From Candidatus Micrarchaeota archaeon (GTDB lineage: Archaea; Micrarchaeota; Micrarchaeia; Anstonellales; JAHKLY01): DNA of 64,000 nucleotides. Location: NCBI GenBank assembly GCA_020854825.1, contig JAHKLY010000002.1, forward strand, positions 112,291 through 176,290, given 5' to 3'. The notes beneath the pieces were generated by a model. It saw only the letters and a list, made by a program, of their open reading frames with translations, was not told where the DNA came from and did no database searches. Position 1 is the first letter of the stretch. Every line of letters begins with the position of its first letter. A program made the position numbers and the translations under genes. Of the stretch, positions 46,040 to 56,455 are shown in pieces.

Positions 46040-46998
46040 AATTTGAAGAATTAAAAAATAAAAAAATACTTATTACATTTCATATTAATAGCGATATTGA
46101 TGCTGTTGCTTCTGCTTGCATTTTACAAAATATTTTAGGTAATAATATTACATTATCCAATTATGGAAGGATGGATCATGATGCAAAAAAGTTAATTGAA
46201 TTTTATAATAAAAAAATTGAAAAATGGGAAAACATTAATTTATTAGAATTCGAATATCTAATAGCAGTAGATGGACAAAATTATGGGATGTTTCCACATC
46301 TTAAAAATAAGAAAGTTGATCTTTTAATTGACCATCATAATTCCTCAACTGAAAAAATGCAAACTAAAAATGATATTATAGACCCAAATGCAATTTCAAC
46401 AACTGAAATAATATATTCCCTTATTAAAAAACAAAACATTAATATTAATTCAGAAACCGCCGAATTAATTTTATGTGGTATAATATCGGATTCATTAAGA
46501 TATAAAGAAGTCTCAAAAAATTCGTTTTTATATTCAGAGGAATTAATAAAATTAATAAAAAATAAATATGAAAAACTAATAGAACTTTCAGTTCCTAGAT
46601 TACCAAAAGAAGAATGTATAGGATTTATTAATTCTGCAAAAACTTTCAAATATGCAATTGAAAAAGAAATGATTATTATAACTGCAAAATGCCCTTCTTA
46701 TACTGGAGATATTGCTACTGTTTTGAGTGAAACTGTGGCAGATGTGGTATTTACTACTGCACCAAAAGAACATAATACACTTATTAAAATTTCAGGAAGA
46801 ACCTGGGTTGGATCAGGAGTTGAAATTACAACAATATTAAAAAAATTAGAAAAAAAATATAACGGAACTGGTGGGGGACATCCTTATGCTGCAGGTATGG
46901 ATTTTCCTGCAACTCCAGAAACCATAAATAAATTACAGAATAAAATTTTACACAACTGTATGCAGTTATCAATTAAAGAAATAAAAAAGAACAAATAA
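46036..46998 (+). CDS. DHH/DHHA1 phosphoesterase (NrnA-like)
   Basis: H.N.D.DA, VD, IDHH, GIISDS, S.R and GGGHP.AAG motifs. Confidence 0.92.
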   Translation: MKFEELKNKKILITFHINSDIDAVASACILQNILGNNITLSNYGRMDHDAKKLIEFYNKKIEKWENINLLEFEYLIAVDGQNYGMFPHLKNKKVDLLIDHHNSSTEKMQTKNDIIDPNAISTTEIIYSLIKKQNININSETAELILCGIISDSLRYKEVSKNSFLYSEELIKLIKNKYEKLIELSVPRLPKEECIGFINSAKTFKYAIEKEMIIITAKCPSYTGDIATVLSETVADVVFTTAPKEHNTLIKISGRTWVGSGVEITTILKKLEKKYNGTGGGHPYAAGMDFPATPETINKLQNKILHNCMQLSIKEIKKNK

Positions 46999-47031
46999 AA
47001 ATGCTTTCATATTTAATTAACTGGGATTAAT

Positions 47032-48495
47032 ATGGCAATAAATGAAACTATTCAAGATAAAATTGAAAAATTAAATAAATTACATATTCTTGGAATTAAT
47101 CCTTATGCTTATTCTTTTAATACAAATACTAAAACCATAGATTTACATAAAACGTATGACAATAAATTAACTCCTGAAGAAAAAACAAATATAGAAGTTA
47201 AAATCGCCGGTCGTTTGATGACAATAAGACGATTTGGAAAATTAATATTCTTAGACCTAGATGATGGGTATGGGAAAATTCAATTATGTGCAAAACAAGA
47301 TGAAATGAAAGAATCTTTTAATTTATTAGATTTATTAGATAGAGGAGATTTTATTGGTACTGAAGGAATTATTTTTAAAACAAAAAAAGGAGAATTATCC
47401 ATTTTGATAAAAACAATAACTCTCTTGACAAAATCTCTTGCATTATTACCAGATAAATGGGCAGGTTTAAAAGACATAGATGATAGATTCAGAAATAGAC
47501 ATGTTGATTTAATTATAAATTCTGAAACAAAAGAAGTATTTATTAAAAAAGCTAAAATATTAGAGTATATTAGAGACTTTATGACTTCAAAGGAGTTTTT
47601 AGAAGTTGAAACTCCAATACTCCAGCCATTATATGGTGGAGCTAGTGCAAGACCATTCAAAACTTATTCTCACGCCTGGAAATCTGATTTTTATTTAGCA
47701 ATTTCTCCAGAATTATACTTAAAACGTCTTTTAATTGGAGGATTCCAAAGAGTGTATACAATATGTAAAAACTTTAGAAATGAAGATGTAGATAAAACGC
47801 ATAATCCAGAATTCACAATGCTTGAATGCTATGCTGCATATTGGGATTATAATGAAGTTATGAATTTAGTAGAAGAATTATATGAAACTCTTGCAATTAA
47901 ATTAAATAATAGTACAAAAGTACTATACCAAGGAACAGAAATTGATCTTAAAAGACCTTGGACAAGAATTACAATGAAAGATGCCCTTAAAAAATATGCT
48001 AAATTAAACGTAGATGAATTAGAAAATGAAAAATTAAAAGAATTATTAATTGAAAATAAAATCGAATTAGATGTATATAAAAGAGGCCTTGCCATAGCAG
48101 AATTATTTAATAAATTATGTGAACCTCACTTAATACAACCTACCTTTGTTTATGATTATCCAAAAGAAACTACGGGATTATGTAAATTAAAAAGAGGAGA
48201 TCCAGAATTAATTGAAAGATTTGAATTTTTTATAAATGGTAGGGAACAAGGTAACGCATATTCAGAATTAACAGACCCAAAATTACAAGAAAAATTCTTT
48301 ACAGAACAAAAAAACCAAGGTAAAATGAAAGGAGAACAACAGCCAATTGATGTTGAATTTATACATGCATTAGAATATGGAATGCCTCCTGCAGGAGGAT
48401 TAGGTATTGGAGTTGATAGAATCATAATGCTATTCACTGATAGCCCCTCAATTAGAGAGGTTATATTATTCCCTCAATTAAAACCTAAAGAATAG
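47032..48495 (+). CDS. lysS: lysine--tRNA ligase (class II)
   Basis: OB-fold AGR..R.FGK..F.DL, EVETP.LQ..YGGA.A.PF, ISPELYLKRL, FRNE..D.THNPEF, YGMPP.GG.GIG.DR. Confidence 0.97.
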   Translation: MAINETIQDKIEKLNKLHILGINPYAYSFNTNTKTIDLHKTYDNKLTPEEKTNIEVKIAGRLMTIRRFGKLIFLDLDDGYGKIQLCAKQDEMKESFNLLDLLDRGDFIGTEGIIFKTKKGELSILIKTITLLTKSLALLPDKWAGLKDIDDRFRNRHVDLIINSETKEVFIKKAKILEYIRDFMTSKEFLEVETPILQPLYGGASARPFKTYSHAWKSDFYLAISPELYLKRLLIGGFQRVYTICKNFRNEDVDKTHNPEFTMLECYAAYWDYNEVMNLVEELYETLAIKLNNSTKVLYQGTEIDLKRPWTRITMKDALKKYAKLNVDELENEKLKELLIENKIELDVYKRGLAIAELFNKLCEPHLIQPTFVYDYPKETTGLCKLKRGDPELIERFEFFINGREQGNAYSELTDPKLQEKFFTEQKNQGKMKGEQQPIDVEFIHALEYGMPPAGGLGIGVDRIIMLFTDSPSIREVILFPQLKPKE

Positions 48496-48517
48496 GATAT
48501 AATAAAAGAATAATATA

Positions 48518-49306
48518 CTATTGAGTAAGTACACATAATACTTCTTTTAAGAAATTTAATGCTTTTTTAATATTATCTTTTGTATACACATTAGAAATCC
48601 GATTACTTGGATAAACTTTTTCACTTATCTCAAATTCCTTAATCTGTTCTAATTCATATTCATCTGGTATCCATAATCCTCCAATATCTAACCTAGTAGC
48701 ATTTTTACTATTTAGTATTTCACAAATAGTTAATAATTCATCAAAGTTGAATCCTTCTTCAAGCAAAACCCACGTTTCATTAATTTCAATATCTGTATAC
48801 ACAGGGTAAAAATTTAATATATCTAAATCAATTGTTGCTTGTATCTTTCCTTCAAAAGACTTTAATTTAGATATATCAAAATATGAAACATTTGGAAGCC
48901 AGCAATCTCTATTACTCATCTCATTTAAAAATATCATTTGTTTTTTCTTACATTTAAATTTTTCAGGCATAATTAATCCAATTTGTAATCCAATAAGTGC
49001 AGAAAAGGCTATATGGTTCCAGCATCTAGGAATTTGTTCATCATCATAAACATTAAGAAGAGTATCTGAATGTTGGTCAATATTTACCTTTAACCAATTT
49101 TTATCTGCATTAGTAATTAATTCTGGCTTTGGATCTCTTTTAGCAGAAAAATGATGTTGTGTACCATCACCCCATAATAAAATACTGTCCTCAGGTATTT
49201 TTGGGATATCTTCTGTTCTAACCGGTATAAAATTAAATCTTGTATCAGATAATCTTCTAACTACTTTCTGACATGTATAAGAGTTTAAATGAAAAACATC
49301 TATCAT
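48518..49306 (-). CDS. arginase/ureohydrolase-fold protein (divergent)
   Basis: GDG..HH.S, NIDQHSD, TIDLD and LDIGG motifs. Confidence 0.6.
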   Translation of the reverse strand: MIDVFHLNSYTCQKVVRRLSDTRFNFIPVRTEDIPKIPEDSILLWGDGTQHHFSAKRDPKPELITNADKNWLKVNIDQHSDTLLNVYDDEQIPRCWNHIAFSALIGLQIGLIMPEKFKCKKKQMIFLNEMSNRDCWLPNVSYFDISKLKSFEGKIQATIDLDILNFYPVYTDIEINETWVLLEEGFNFDELLTICEILNSKNATRLDIGGLWIPDEYELEQIKEFEISEKVYPSNRISNVYTKDNIKKALNFLKEVLCVLTQ

Positions 49307-49441
49307 ACATATATTACAACACTTTTTATTTATAAACCTTTTGAAAAACCTATTTGTGCAATAATTTTACACTAATTAATTCCAAATGTATAAGTATAAT
49401 AGTACTTTCTTTTAATTTATCTGATAATATATAGAATATAA

Positions 49442-49532
49442 CGAGATTTTTAAATATATCTTGATTAGTAGAATTTAGAAAAGATTTATAAAGGTTTCTA
49501 CATATAACTGATATACAAAACATTTATAAATC
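49442..49532 (+). promoter_or_regulatory. three tandem BRE-TATA elements, 38-bp period, upstream of tfb
   Basis: GAGA-TTTTTAAA (49447), AAGA-TTTATAAA (49485), AACA-TTTATAAA (49523). Confidence 0.55.
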
Positions 49533-49573
49533 TAATGCTGATTTTGAAAAAATTGTGGAATAGAGGTGAATAA

Positions 49574-50479
49574 ATGGGTAAAAAATGTCCAAATTGTGGC
49601 GCAGAAGAATTTGTTCGTGATTATGAAAAAGGAGAACTCATTTGCAAAAAATGCGGCTGTGTTGTTAAAGACGAAATAGCAGATGAAGGCCCAGAATGGA
49701 GAGCTTTTGATGCTCAACAAAGAAACCAAAGAGCAAGAGGAGGCGCACCAATTAAATATATGAGACCGAATAAAGGATTAGTAACTGAAATTGATCAATA
49801 TAACAGAGATATTAGGGGAGCTAAAATATCTCCAAAAAAACAAGCACAATTACATAGAATTAGAAAATGGCATAAAAGAGCTTCTATTGCATCATCAATG
49901 GAAAGAAATTTAGCAATAGCATTAGGAGAACTAGATAGAATTGCTTCTTATTTAGGCTTATCTGATAGCACAAGAGAGAGCGCAGCACTATTATATAGAA
50001 AATGCGTTAAAGCTGAATTGATTAGAGGAAGATTAATTGAAAGCGTAGTAGCTGCAGTTATATATGCAACATGTAGATTACAAGAAATTCCAAGAACATT
50101 AGACGAAATAGCAAGAGTTGCAGGATTAGAGAAAAAAGAAATAGGTAGAGCATACAGATTTATTAGAAGAGAACTAGATTTAGATGTTCCTTTAACAAAT
50201 CCAGGAAGTTATGTACCTAAATTCTGCGCATCATTGAAATTAAGCGGAAAAGTACAAGAAAAAGCAATACAAATCTTGAAAAAAGCAGTTAAAAAAGGGC
50301 TTATCTCTGGTAGAGGCCCAACAGGAGTTGCAGCAGCAGCTGTATACATTGCAAGTGCAATGTATGGCGAAAGAAGAACACAAAAAGAAGTTGCTGACGT
50401 AGCAGGAGTAACAGAAGTTACTATCAGAAATAGATACAGAGAACTTAAAAAAGAGCTTAAAATCAAAGTAGAGCTGTAA
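49574..50479 (+). CDS. tfb: transcription initiation factor IIB
   Basis: Zn ribbon CPNC..CKKCG, GPEWRAF B-finger, two cyclin repeats, RTQKEVADVAGVTEVTIRNRY. Confidence 0.98.
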   Translation: MGKKCPNCGAEEFVRDYEKGELICKKCGCVVKDEIADEGPEWRAFDAQQRNQRARGGAPIKYMRPNKGLVTEIDQYNRDIRGAKISPKKQAQLHRIRKWHKRASIASSMERNLAIALGELDRIASYLGLSDSTRESAALLYRKCVKAELIRGRLIESVVAAVIYATCRLQEIPRTLDEIARVAGLEKKEIGRAYRFIRRELDLDVPLTNPGSYVPKFCASLKLSGKVQEKAIQILKKAVKKGLISGRGPTGVAAAAVYIASAMYGERRTQKEVADVAGVTEVTIRNRYRELKKELKIKVEL

Positions 50480-50490
50480 TTTACAGCCAA

Positions 50491-50512
50491 CTTTTCTTTT
50501 TTTTTATTTTTT
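50491..50512 (+). terminator. oligo-T terminator after tfb
   Basis: CTTTTCTTTTTTTTATTTTTT. Confidence 0.5.
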
Positions 50513-50535
50513 AATGATTAAAGATTAGGATAATC

Positions 50536-52614
50536 CTAATTAAAACACATGTTTTCATAATACCAATTGCATTCTATACCTAAAAGATAGCTATGATAAT
50601 TTTTCATAAATTCTTTAGATTCAAAACCATAATTAGATTTTATATTAGATACTAAATTATCTGGACTAGAAGAACTTAAAACTAACGTCTCTATATCTCC
50701 ATCTCCAAAATAATCATAAACTGCTAGTCCTAATATTTGCCATTCTCTTGTTTTCCAGTGTAAATCACTTGAAAATTTAGAAGGATGTTTTTTAGATAAG
50801 TTGTAACTTTTCATATATGAATTATAAAAATTATAAGATTTATCATCTAAATTATCATACCCTGTTGTTTTTGCTAATGTTCTTATTAAAAATACATCAA
50901 ATTCATATTTATCAGCATATCCTGCTGTTGTAAATGTTGCCTCAAGAAATTGATCTCCAGTATTATAATCATATAAAGAACAGTCTTCCCTTGAACGTGA
51001 ATATGAACCATACTCTGTAAATCCAGAACTAGCAGTATGTATATTACAAACAAAGGCAGGGGCACATTTGTCATACTCTCCATAATTAAATACATTATCT
51101 CCATACCCCATTAAATTATTATATATATTATCATAAAAAGAATACTCTATGTCTGATGGAGATCTATCTTCTGTTATTTCTAAAAATCTATCTGGAGCTG
51201 CCCATTTTAAATTAACTAATCCTAAACAACCAGAACTATATCCTCCATTATCTGCAAAAACCAAGGGAGAATGTGCCCCTATATCTATATACCCCCATGA
51301 ATTGACTGTCCAAACCTTGAATAATTTATCCTTATTATATCCTTTATTTAATGAATAATCTTCACTATAACAAAATGGATTTGCATTTGAAGTTACAGTC
51401 ACTATTGAAGGATTACATGCCTGAACTGATAAATAACCTGCATGTGTTAAAAATGGAATCTCCCTCATTAGAAGTTCATAAGTATTTGCTAAATCTGTTT
51501 CAAACCATTTACATGAACTATCATAATTAAATCCTTCCCTTCCCCCAAAAGTAAATATAATTGAAGGTTTAGAATAATTCCTTAAATTATACAACCCGTT
51601 TTCAAATAATTTAACCATTATATAATTACCATTACATTTATCAAAATTGTTAAAAATAATGTCCTCTGCTATCATATCCACACAATATTCAGTTTTACCA
51701 GATCCAATTGCTCCAACTCCTCCCATAGGATTCGGACATGTTAATGAGCCAGGAAATACCAAATCTGTACCATAAATTATTCTATCTAAAAATTCTATTC
51801 TATTTTCTTTTGGAGGATCAACAGCAACTAAAATTTCAGGGTATTCATCTTTAATCCTCCATGCTTCTTGCAATACAAAATTTGCATCATCTAATTCTGC
51901 ACCAGTTTCTAAAACAAGGACTATTGGGCCAATTATTTTCCCATCCTCCTTTACAAAAGAATAATTTATTAATTTCATTATTTCTTCTTCTCTATTTTTC
52001 TTTGTACTTCCAGGTAATAACGGGCCTAATTCTGCGTCTCCTTTAGGTATCACAATTACTGGAATTTGTCCTTTATCAAGCATACTTTCTAAACGTGCTC
52101 TATTTGGATAAGGATAAATAGAATTATCAGGATTTGACATAAGCCATTTTTGATGCATAGTATTAGAACAATTAGTATAATAATCTCCATAGATTCCTTC
52201 TAAAAATGAAGATCCCATTCCAATTCTAAAAAAATCATAATTTGCATCTAATGTATTTAATTTCTCAGATAATAAGGTACTATCAATATCTGTAAAATGA
52301 TTTGAAGAATTTCCTTTTATTACCCAACATTGTCCACCTTTTAATGTATTTTTTGTCCAAGGTAATAAATCAATCAACCAATCTCTAGATTGATTTTTAC
52401 ATACAAATGCAATACAAACTCCAGATTCATCACAAAAATCTTTTATAAAATTAGATAAGTTAGTTTGTTCAGGCCCCTCCCCAATAGCTAAACCTTCAGT
52501 AGTATATAATAAATTCCTATCTACTCCTGTTGTATTATAAAGAATATCAGTTCTATCAACACAACCAAGAATAAATAAAAAAATAAAAACTCCTATTAAA
52601 TAGCTTTTTTTCAT
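50536..52614 (-). CDS. large Cys-rich putative lipoprotein
   Basis: MKK-hydrophobic-FILGC signal; many Cys residues; no catalytic motif recognised. Confidence 0.7.
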   Translation of the reverse strand: MKKSYLIGVFIFLFILGCVDRTDILYNTTGVDRNLLYTTEGLAIGEGPEQTNLSNFIKDFCDESGVCIAFVCKNQSRDWLIDLLPWTKNTLKGGQCWVIKGNSSNHFTDIDSTLLSEKLNTLDANYDFFRIGMGSSFLEGIYGDYYTNCSNTMHQKWLMSNPDNSIYPYPNRARLESMLDKGQIPVIVIPKGDAELGPLLPGSTKKNREEEIMKLINYSFVKEDGKIIGPIVLVLETGAELDDANFVLQEAWRIKDEYPEILVAVDPPKENRIEFLDRIIYGTDLVFPGSLTCPNPMGGVGAIGSGKTEYCVDMIAEDIIFNNFDKCNGNYIMVKLFENGLYNLRNYSKPSIIFTFGGREGFNYDSSCKWFETDLANTYELLMREIPFLTHAGYLSVQACNPSIVTVTSNANPFCYSEDYSLNKGYNKDKLFKVWTVNSWGYIDIGAHSPLVFADNGGYSSGCLGLVNLKWAAPDRFLEITEDRSPSDIEYSFYDNIYNNLMGYGDNVFNYGEYDKCAPAFVCNIHTASSGFTEYGSYSRSREDCSLYDYNTGDQFLEATFTTAGYADKYEFDVFLIRTLAKTTGYDNLDDKSYNFYNSYMKSYNLSKKHPSKFSSDLHWKTREWQILGLAVYDYFGDGDIETLVLSSSSPDNLVSNIKSNYGFESKEFMKNYHSYLLGIECNWYYENMCFN

Positions 52615-52627
52615 AAACAACATCCTT

Positions 52628-55600
52628 TTATTCAATTCTTATTCTACCTAAACGTATAAGATATTTAATCTTTTCCATCATAACTGGATCCTCGTAAGAT
52701 TTAACTCCTGAAATCTTACCTATATACTCTAATCCATTAATTGATGAATAGTCATATTCTTTAGAAGGATCAAATTTCTCTACTTGTTCTTTTTGGTTTG
52801 TAAATTCAAAATTACATTTCTCACATTTTTTACTATCTATATCATTATTATGACCACAGATAGGACATTTTTGTTTAACTGGAGTTAAATTAATATTTAA
52901 CATTCCTCCAATAATTGGAGGTACATTTGTATTAATCATATTTGGTCTTAACTCCCCAAATCTTTCTTCTCTTTCTGCTAAAAATCCTCTATTAACCCAA
53001 GTATCAATGTCATCAACCGGCTTATCTGAAAACACTCTTAATTTTAATGACTCTGATAATTTTTCTTCCATTTCTTTAATTGGTTCAGATCCTGCATATA
53101 CCACCCTATAATTCCCATTTTCATACACTAATTTAATTCCTTTATCTGAACCTACTACCTCTCCTGGATGTTTTGTTAAATACTTAGTAAATTCATTCAT
53201 AGCTTCTAAATTAATTCTAACCATCTCTTCTTGTGCTTCTGCAACTCTTCCTTCTGCTTTTTCAATTTTATCTAAATAACCCTCTCTTTGCAAAGTATCA
53301 ACATACTCTTTTTTTGATAAAAATGCCGCAGATTTTTTTTCATAAGAATACTCTTTTGAAGTGCCTCTTTTATATTCTTCTTTGAAAACTTCATCATAAA
53401 ATATTAAAAACGAATCTATATCTCTAATTGCTTTGGAATATTCTTCATTAAAATTAGTTCCAGTTCTATTCTTATTATATTTATAGAATTCATTTGTTAT
53501 TTCATCTAAAAATTTTATTGGGTCTCTTCTACTCCAATTGTTATATTTTTTTTCTAATTTTTTATATGTATCATTATATGTAACATCTTTCCCTTCTCTT
53601 TTTTGTTTTGCATATTCATGCCCTGCAATTAAATTAACAAGTTCGTGTCTTATATCAGTTATTCTAGTTTGAAGTGCTCCATTGTGTTCTTTATTTGATT
53701 CATTTAGTGCTTCTTCAAAAGAAATTCCTTTGGATCTTACTTTATTTTCTGCTTGTTCATGAATACTCTTTTTAAATTCAATACTTGAAGGTAAACTGGG
53801 ATCTGAAAAACCTAACGTTTCAGTAAAACCTAGTGCTGTTGTTAATGCCTGCCATTTAAACTTTCCTTCATTTAATAAAATATCTACTGCCTCTTTAGCA
53901 CCAGAAGACTCTTGCACAAATAACTCAAGATATCTTTGTTTATCTTCTTTTTTACCTCTTGTAGAGTCCAAAAGAAGTTTTGCTGCATCATATCTTCTTG
54001 CTAATGACCGTACATAATTAACTTGTGCAAAATCGTATTTATTTCCATTTCTTTCATAATTATCTAAAGTAGCATTAATTTCCGAATATGTGTTTAATAG
54101 TAATTTTGATTCCGCTCCTGCAGTTTTCCTAAATTTTATATCCTTAAACAGCCTTAATATAATATCCACTCTTTTTCTTTCTGTTAATTGAGTATTAATA
54201 TTAATTTCACCTTTTGTTAAATAACCAGTTTGTTCTAATTCTTTTATTAATTGATTTTTTTGAGTTCTTGATAATTCATCAAATACTAGTATTTTTTCTA
54301 TATCTCTTGTATTTTTCTTACCTTTTGGATTTGATATTTCTCCATAATTTTTCCCAGTAAATAATATTATTGAATTGTTCATTCCCTTATATAAATCATG
54401 TTCAACATATGTTCTTTTTAACTTAGTCATCATATCAGAAGGCGATTCAATCGGTACAGATAAGGGTTTTAATGAACCTGCTACAACTACTCCTAATGAA
54501 CCTTCATAATTTTTTTTGATCATAGATTTAAATCCTTTTGCAGGGTTTTTCCAAAACTTAAGTGAATCTGTTATGTCTTTTTTGAACCCTCCTAAAACTT
54601 GTTGACCTAATGAAACTGACAATCCAACTAATGGAACTCTCCTGACTTTACCTACATATATAGGTGATTTTATAACTCCTCCTTTTCCATCTGGTGCTCC
54701 TTCTATTAATTTATTACTTTTAGAATCAAGCATTGTTCCAGTTACGCCTACTCCCATTAATGATTTAACATATTTACCTTCAATAAACACTCCATTCTTA
54801 TCATAATATCCTATTTGCTTTTCAAGTAATTTTTTTCTCAAATATGCTTGTCTTAACTCTATTGGTGATTTACTTGATTCATATGCAATCATTTTAGATA
54901 ATCCAATATAATCTGAAGGAAGAGTTATACTGCCATTTATCATTTTTCTTGCTCTGGCTAATTCTCCTCTAGAAATTAATTGATATAAATAGATTTTTTG
55001 CAATGAATTTAATCTTTTATTATTTCTTACTGTGGATAATAAATTTGATTTATCTTTATCTCGTTCTTTTTTTGCTATTCTATCTGATACAGAATATACT
55101 GAAGCAGAAAGTGCAGCAACCTTTGCAGTTGCTTTTGCAGCATTATGAGAATTTAAAATTACGCCTGCTTTTGCTTCTAATTTAATTTTCCCTACTATTC
55201 CCCCTAATCCTTCCATAGCTTTAGGAAGTCTTGGTTGAGTAATATCAAATACTTGTAATGGATTATCTCCTTGAAAAAACATTGCTGCAAAAATAATACC
55301 TGATAAAATAATAACAAAAATACATAATGGATTTCTATTTACATCTGATATTACTTTAACAAGAATTAAATATAATGAATTAAATGAATCTGCAGTAAAT
55401 GGAGTATTAGAAACATAAAATATATGTTCTAATGCCCCATATTCATTACTCCCTAAAAATACAAATTTAATTGCTGCATATTCTGAAAGATTTTTACCAC
55501 ATTCTACATTAAAATCTGTAATAATTAACTGTCCATTAGAATTTGTTATTTTATTTGAACACAAATAAAAGTCAGGCATAGTTTCACTTACATATATTTT

Positions 55601-55867
55601 TATCTCCTTATTTGCTAAAGGATTTTTTGCTGAAAGTAATGGAGTAAAGTACCACTGATATTGTGAATATTCCTTTAAGTATTCTTGATCAGAAGATAAA
55701 GATACATTTCTCCAAGTAAAATTTGCATTTATGGATCCATGGCCTTTAAGAGAAACATCAGTTATATGAACTTCTGTTTTATATTTTTGAGGTATTATAT
55801 TTGAATAACTAATTGAAATTAGTAATAACATAACCACACTAAGTATGATAATATTTATATTTTTCAT
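52628..55867 (-). CDS. large membrane protein: signal peptide, Ig-like exodomain, TM, long cytoplasmic region with zinc ribbon
   Basis: Signal peptide, TM followed by GDNPLQVFDITQPRLP, C-terminal CPIC...CEKC. Confidence 0.75.
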   Translation of the reverse strand: MKNINIIILSVVMLLLISISYSNIIPQKYKTEVHITDVSLKGHGSINANFTWRNVSLSSDQEYLKEYSQYQWYFTPLLSAKNPLANKEIKIYVSETMPDFYLCSNKITNSNGQLIITDFNVECGKNLSEYAAIKFVFLGSNEYGALEHIFYVSNTPFTADSFNSLYLILVKVISDVNRNPLCIFVIILSGIIFAAMFFQGDNPLQVFDITQPRLPKAMEGLGGIVGKIKLEAKAGVILNSHNAAKATAKVAALSASVYSVSDRIAKKERDKDKSNLLSTVRNNKRLNSLQKIYLYQLISRGELARARKMINGSITLPSDYIGLSKMIAYESSKSPIELRQAYLRKKLLEKQIGYYDKNGVFIEGKYVKSLMGVGVTGTMLDSKSNKLIEGAPDGKGGVIKSPIYVGKVRRVPLVGLSVSLGQQVLGGFKKDITDSLKFWKNPAKGFKSMIKKNYEGSLGVVVAGSLKPLSVPIESPSDMMTKLKRTYVEHDLYKGMNNSIILFTGKNYGEISNPKGKKNTRDIEKILVFDELSRTQKNQLIKELEQTGYLTKGEININTQLTERKRVDIILRLFKDIKFRKTAGAESKLLLNTYSEINATLDNYERNGNKYDFAQVNYVRSLARRYDAAKLLLDSTRGKKEDKQRYLELFVQESSGAKEAVDILLNEGKFKWQALTTALGFTETLGFSDPSLPSSIEFKKSIHEQAENKVRSKGISFEEALNESNKEHNGALQTRITDIRHELVNLIAGHEYAKQKREGKDVTYNDTYKKLEKKYNNWSRRDPIKFLDEITNEFYKYNKNRTGTNFNEEYSKAIRDIDSFLIFYDEVFKEEYKRGTSKEYSYEKKSAAFLSKKEYVDTLQREGYLDKIEKAEGRVAEAQEEMVRINLEAMNEFTKYLTKHPGEVVGSDKGIKLVYENGNYRVVYAGSEPIKEMEEKLSESLKLRVFSDKPVDDIDTWVNRGFLAEREERFGELRPNMINTNVPPIIGGMLNINLTPVKQKCPICGHNNDIDSKKCEKCNFEFTNQKEQVEKFDPSKEYDYSSINGLEYIGKISGVKSYEDPVMMEKIKYLIRLGRIRIE

Positions 55868-55934
55868 AATAATATTCCTGCTTTTGTATTTTAAAACCTT
55901 TTTGATATGTTTTTATACATATATTTCTATAAAA

Positions 55935-56441
55935 TCAAATTTCATTCCAGTCTTGTTCAAAAACTGATATAAAATTTTGCACTGAACATGAAGTTAAAAC
56001 TGCTGCTTCTCTATTAGAAGTAATAGCAGAATAACTAAAATTAGTACTCCCAACAAAAACTTTTTTTCCATCAATTATCATAAATTTTGAATGAGTTCTA
56101 CTAAATTTTCTTGGGGCCCATTTTACATCTATCTCATTTGAAATTAAATTATAAAAACAGTCTTCATTTGATTCTATTTCCTGCTCCAATATAACTCTCA
56201 CTTTAACTCCCCCATTGTTTGCATCAATTAATGCTTGCCTTAAACTATTACTAGAAAAAACATACATTTCAACATCAATGGATTTTTGTGCATTATTGAT
56301 TATATCTAAAATTCTAGCTTCAGAGTTAGGAGAAAATATAGGTTCTACATAACAATTCGTGTTAAAATTTATAAAAATAATAAAACATAATACTAATGAA
56401 ATAAAAAAACCAATTACTGCTGATTTCATATCAATTTTCAT
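55935..56441 (-). CDS. phospholipase D-family nuclease (single HKD, Nuc-like), N-terminally anchored
   Basis: THSKFMIIDGK.VFVGSTNFS, NRE, GVKVRVIL; N-terminal TM. Confidence 0.88.
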   Translation of the reverse strand: MKIDMKSAVIGFFISLVLCFIIFINFNTNCYVEPIFSPNSEARILDIINNAQKSIDVEMYVFSSNSLRQALIDANNGGVKVRVILEQEIESNEDCFYNLISNEIDVKWAPRKFSRTHSKFMIIDGKKVFVGSTNFSYSAITSNREAAVLTSCSVQNFISVFEQDWNEI

Positions 56442-56455
56442 AAAAACACCAAAAA

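Noticed and set aside
47032-48495. Class II LysRS and bacterial-type CspA as signs of bacterial contamination
   Set aside because: Both are known in several archaeal lineages and are embedded among archaeal genes with the same promoter style
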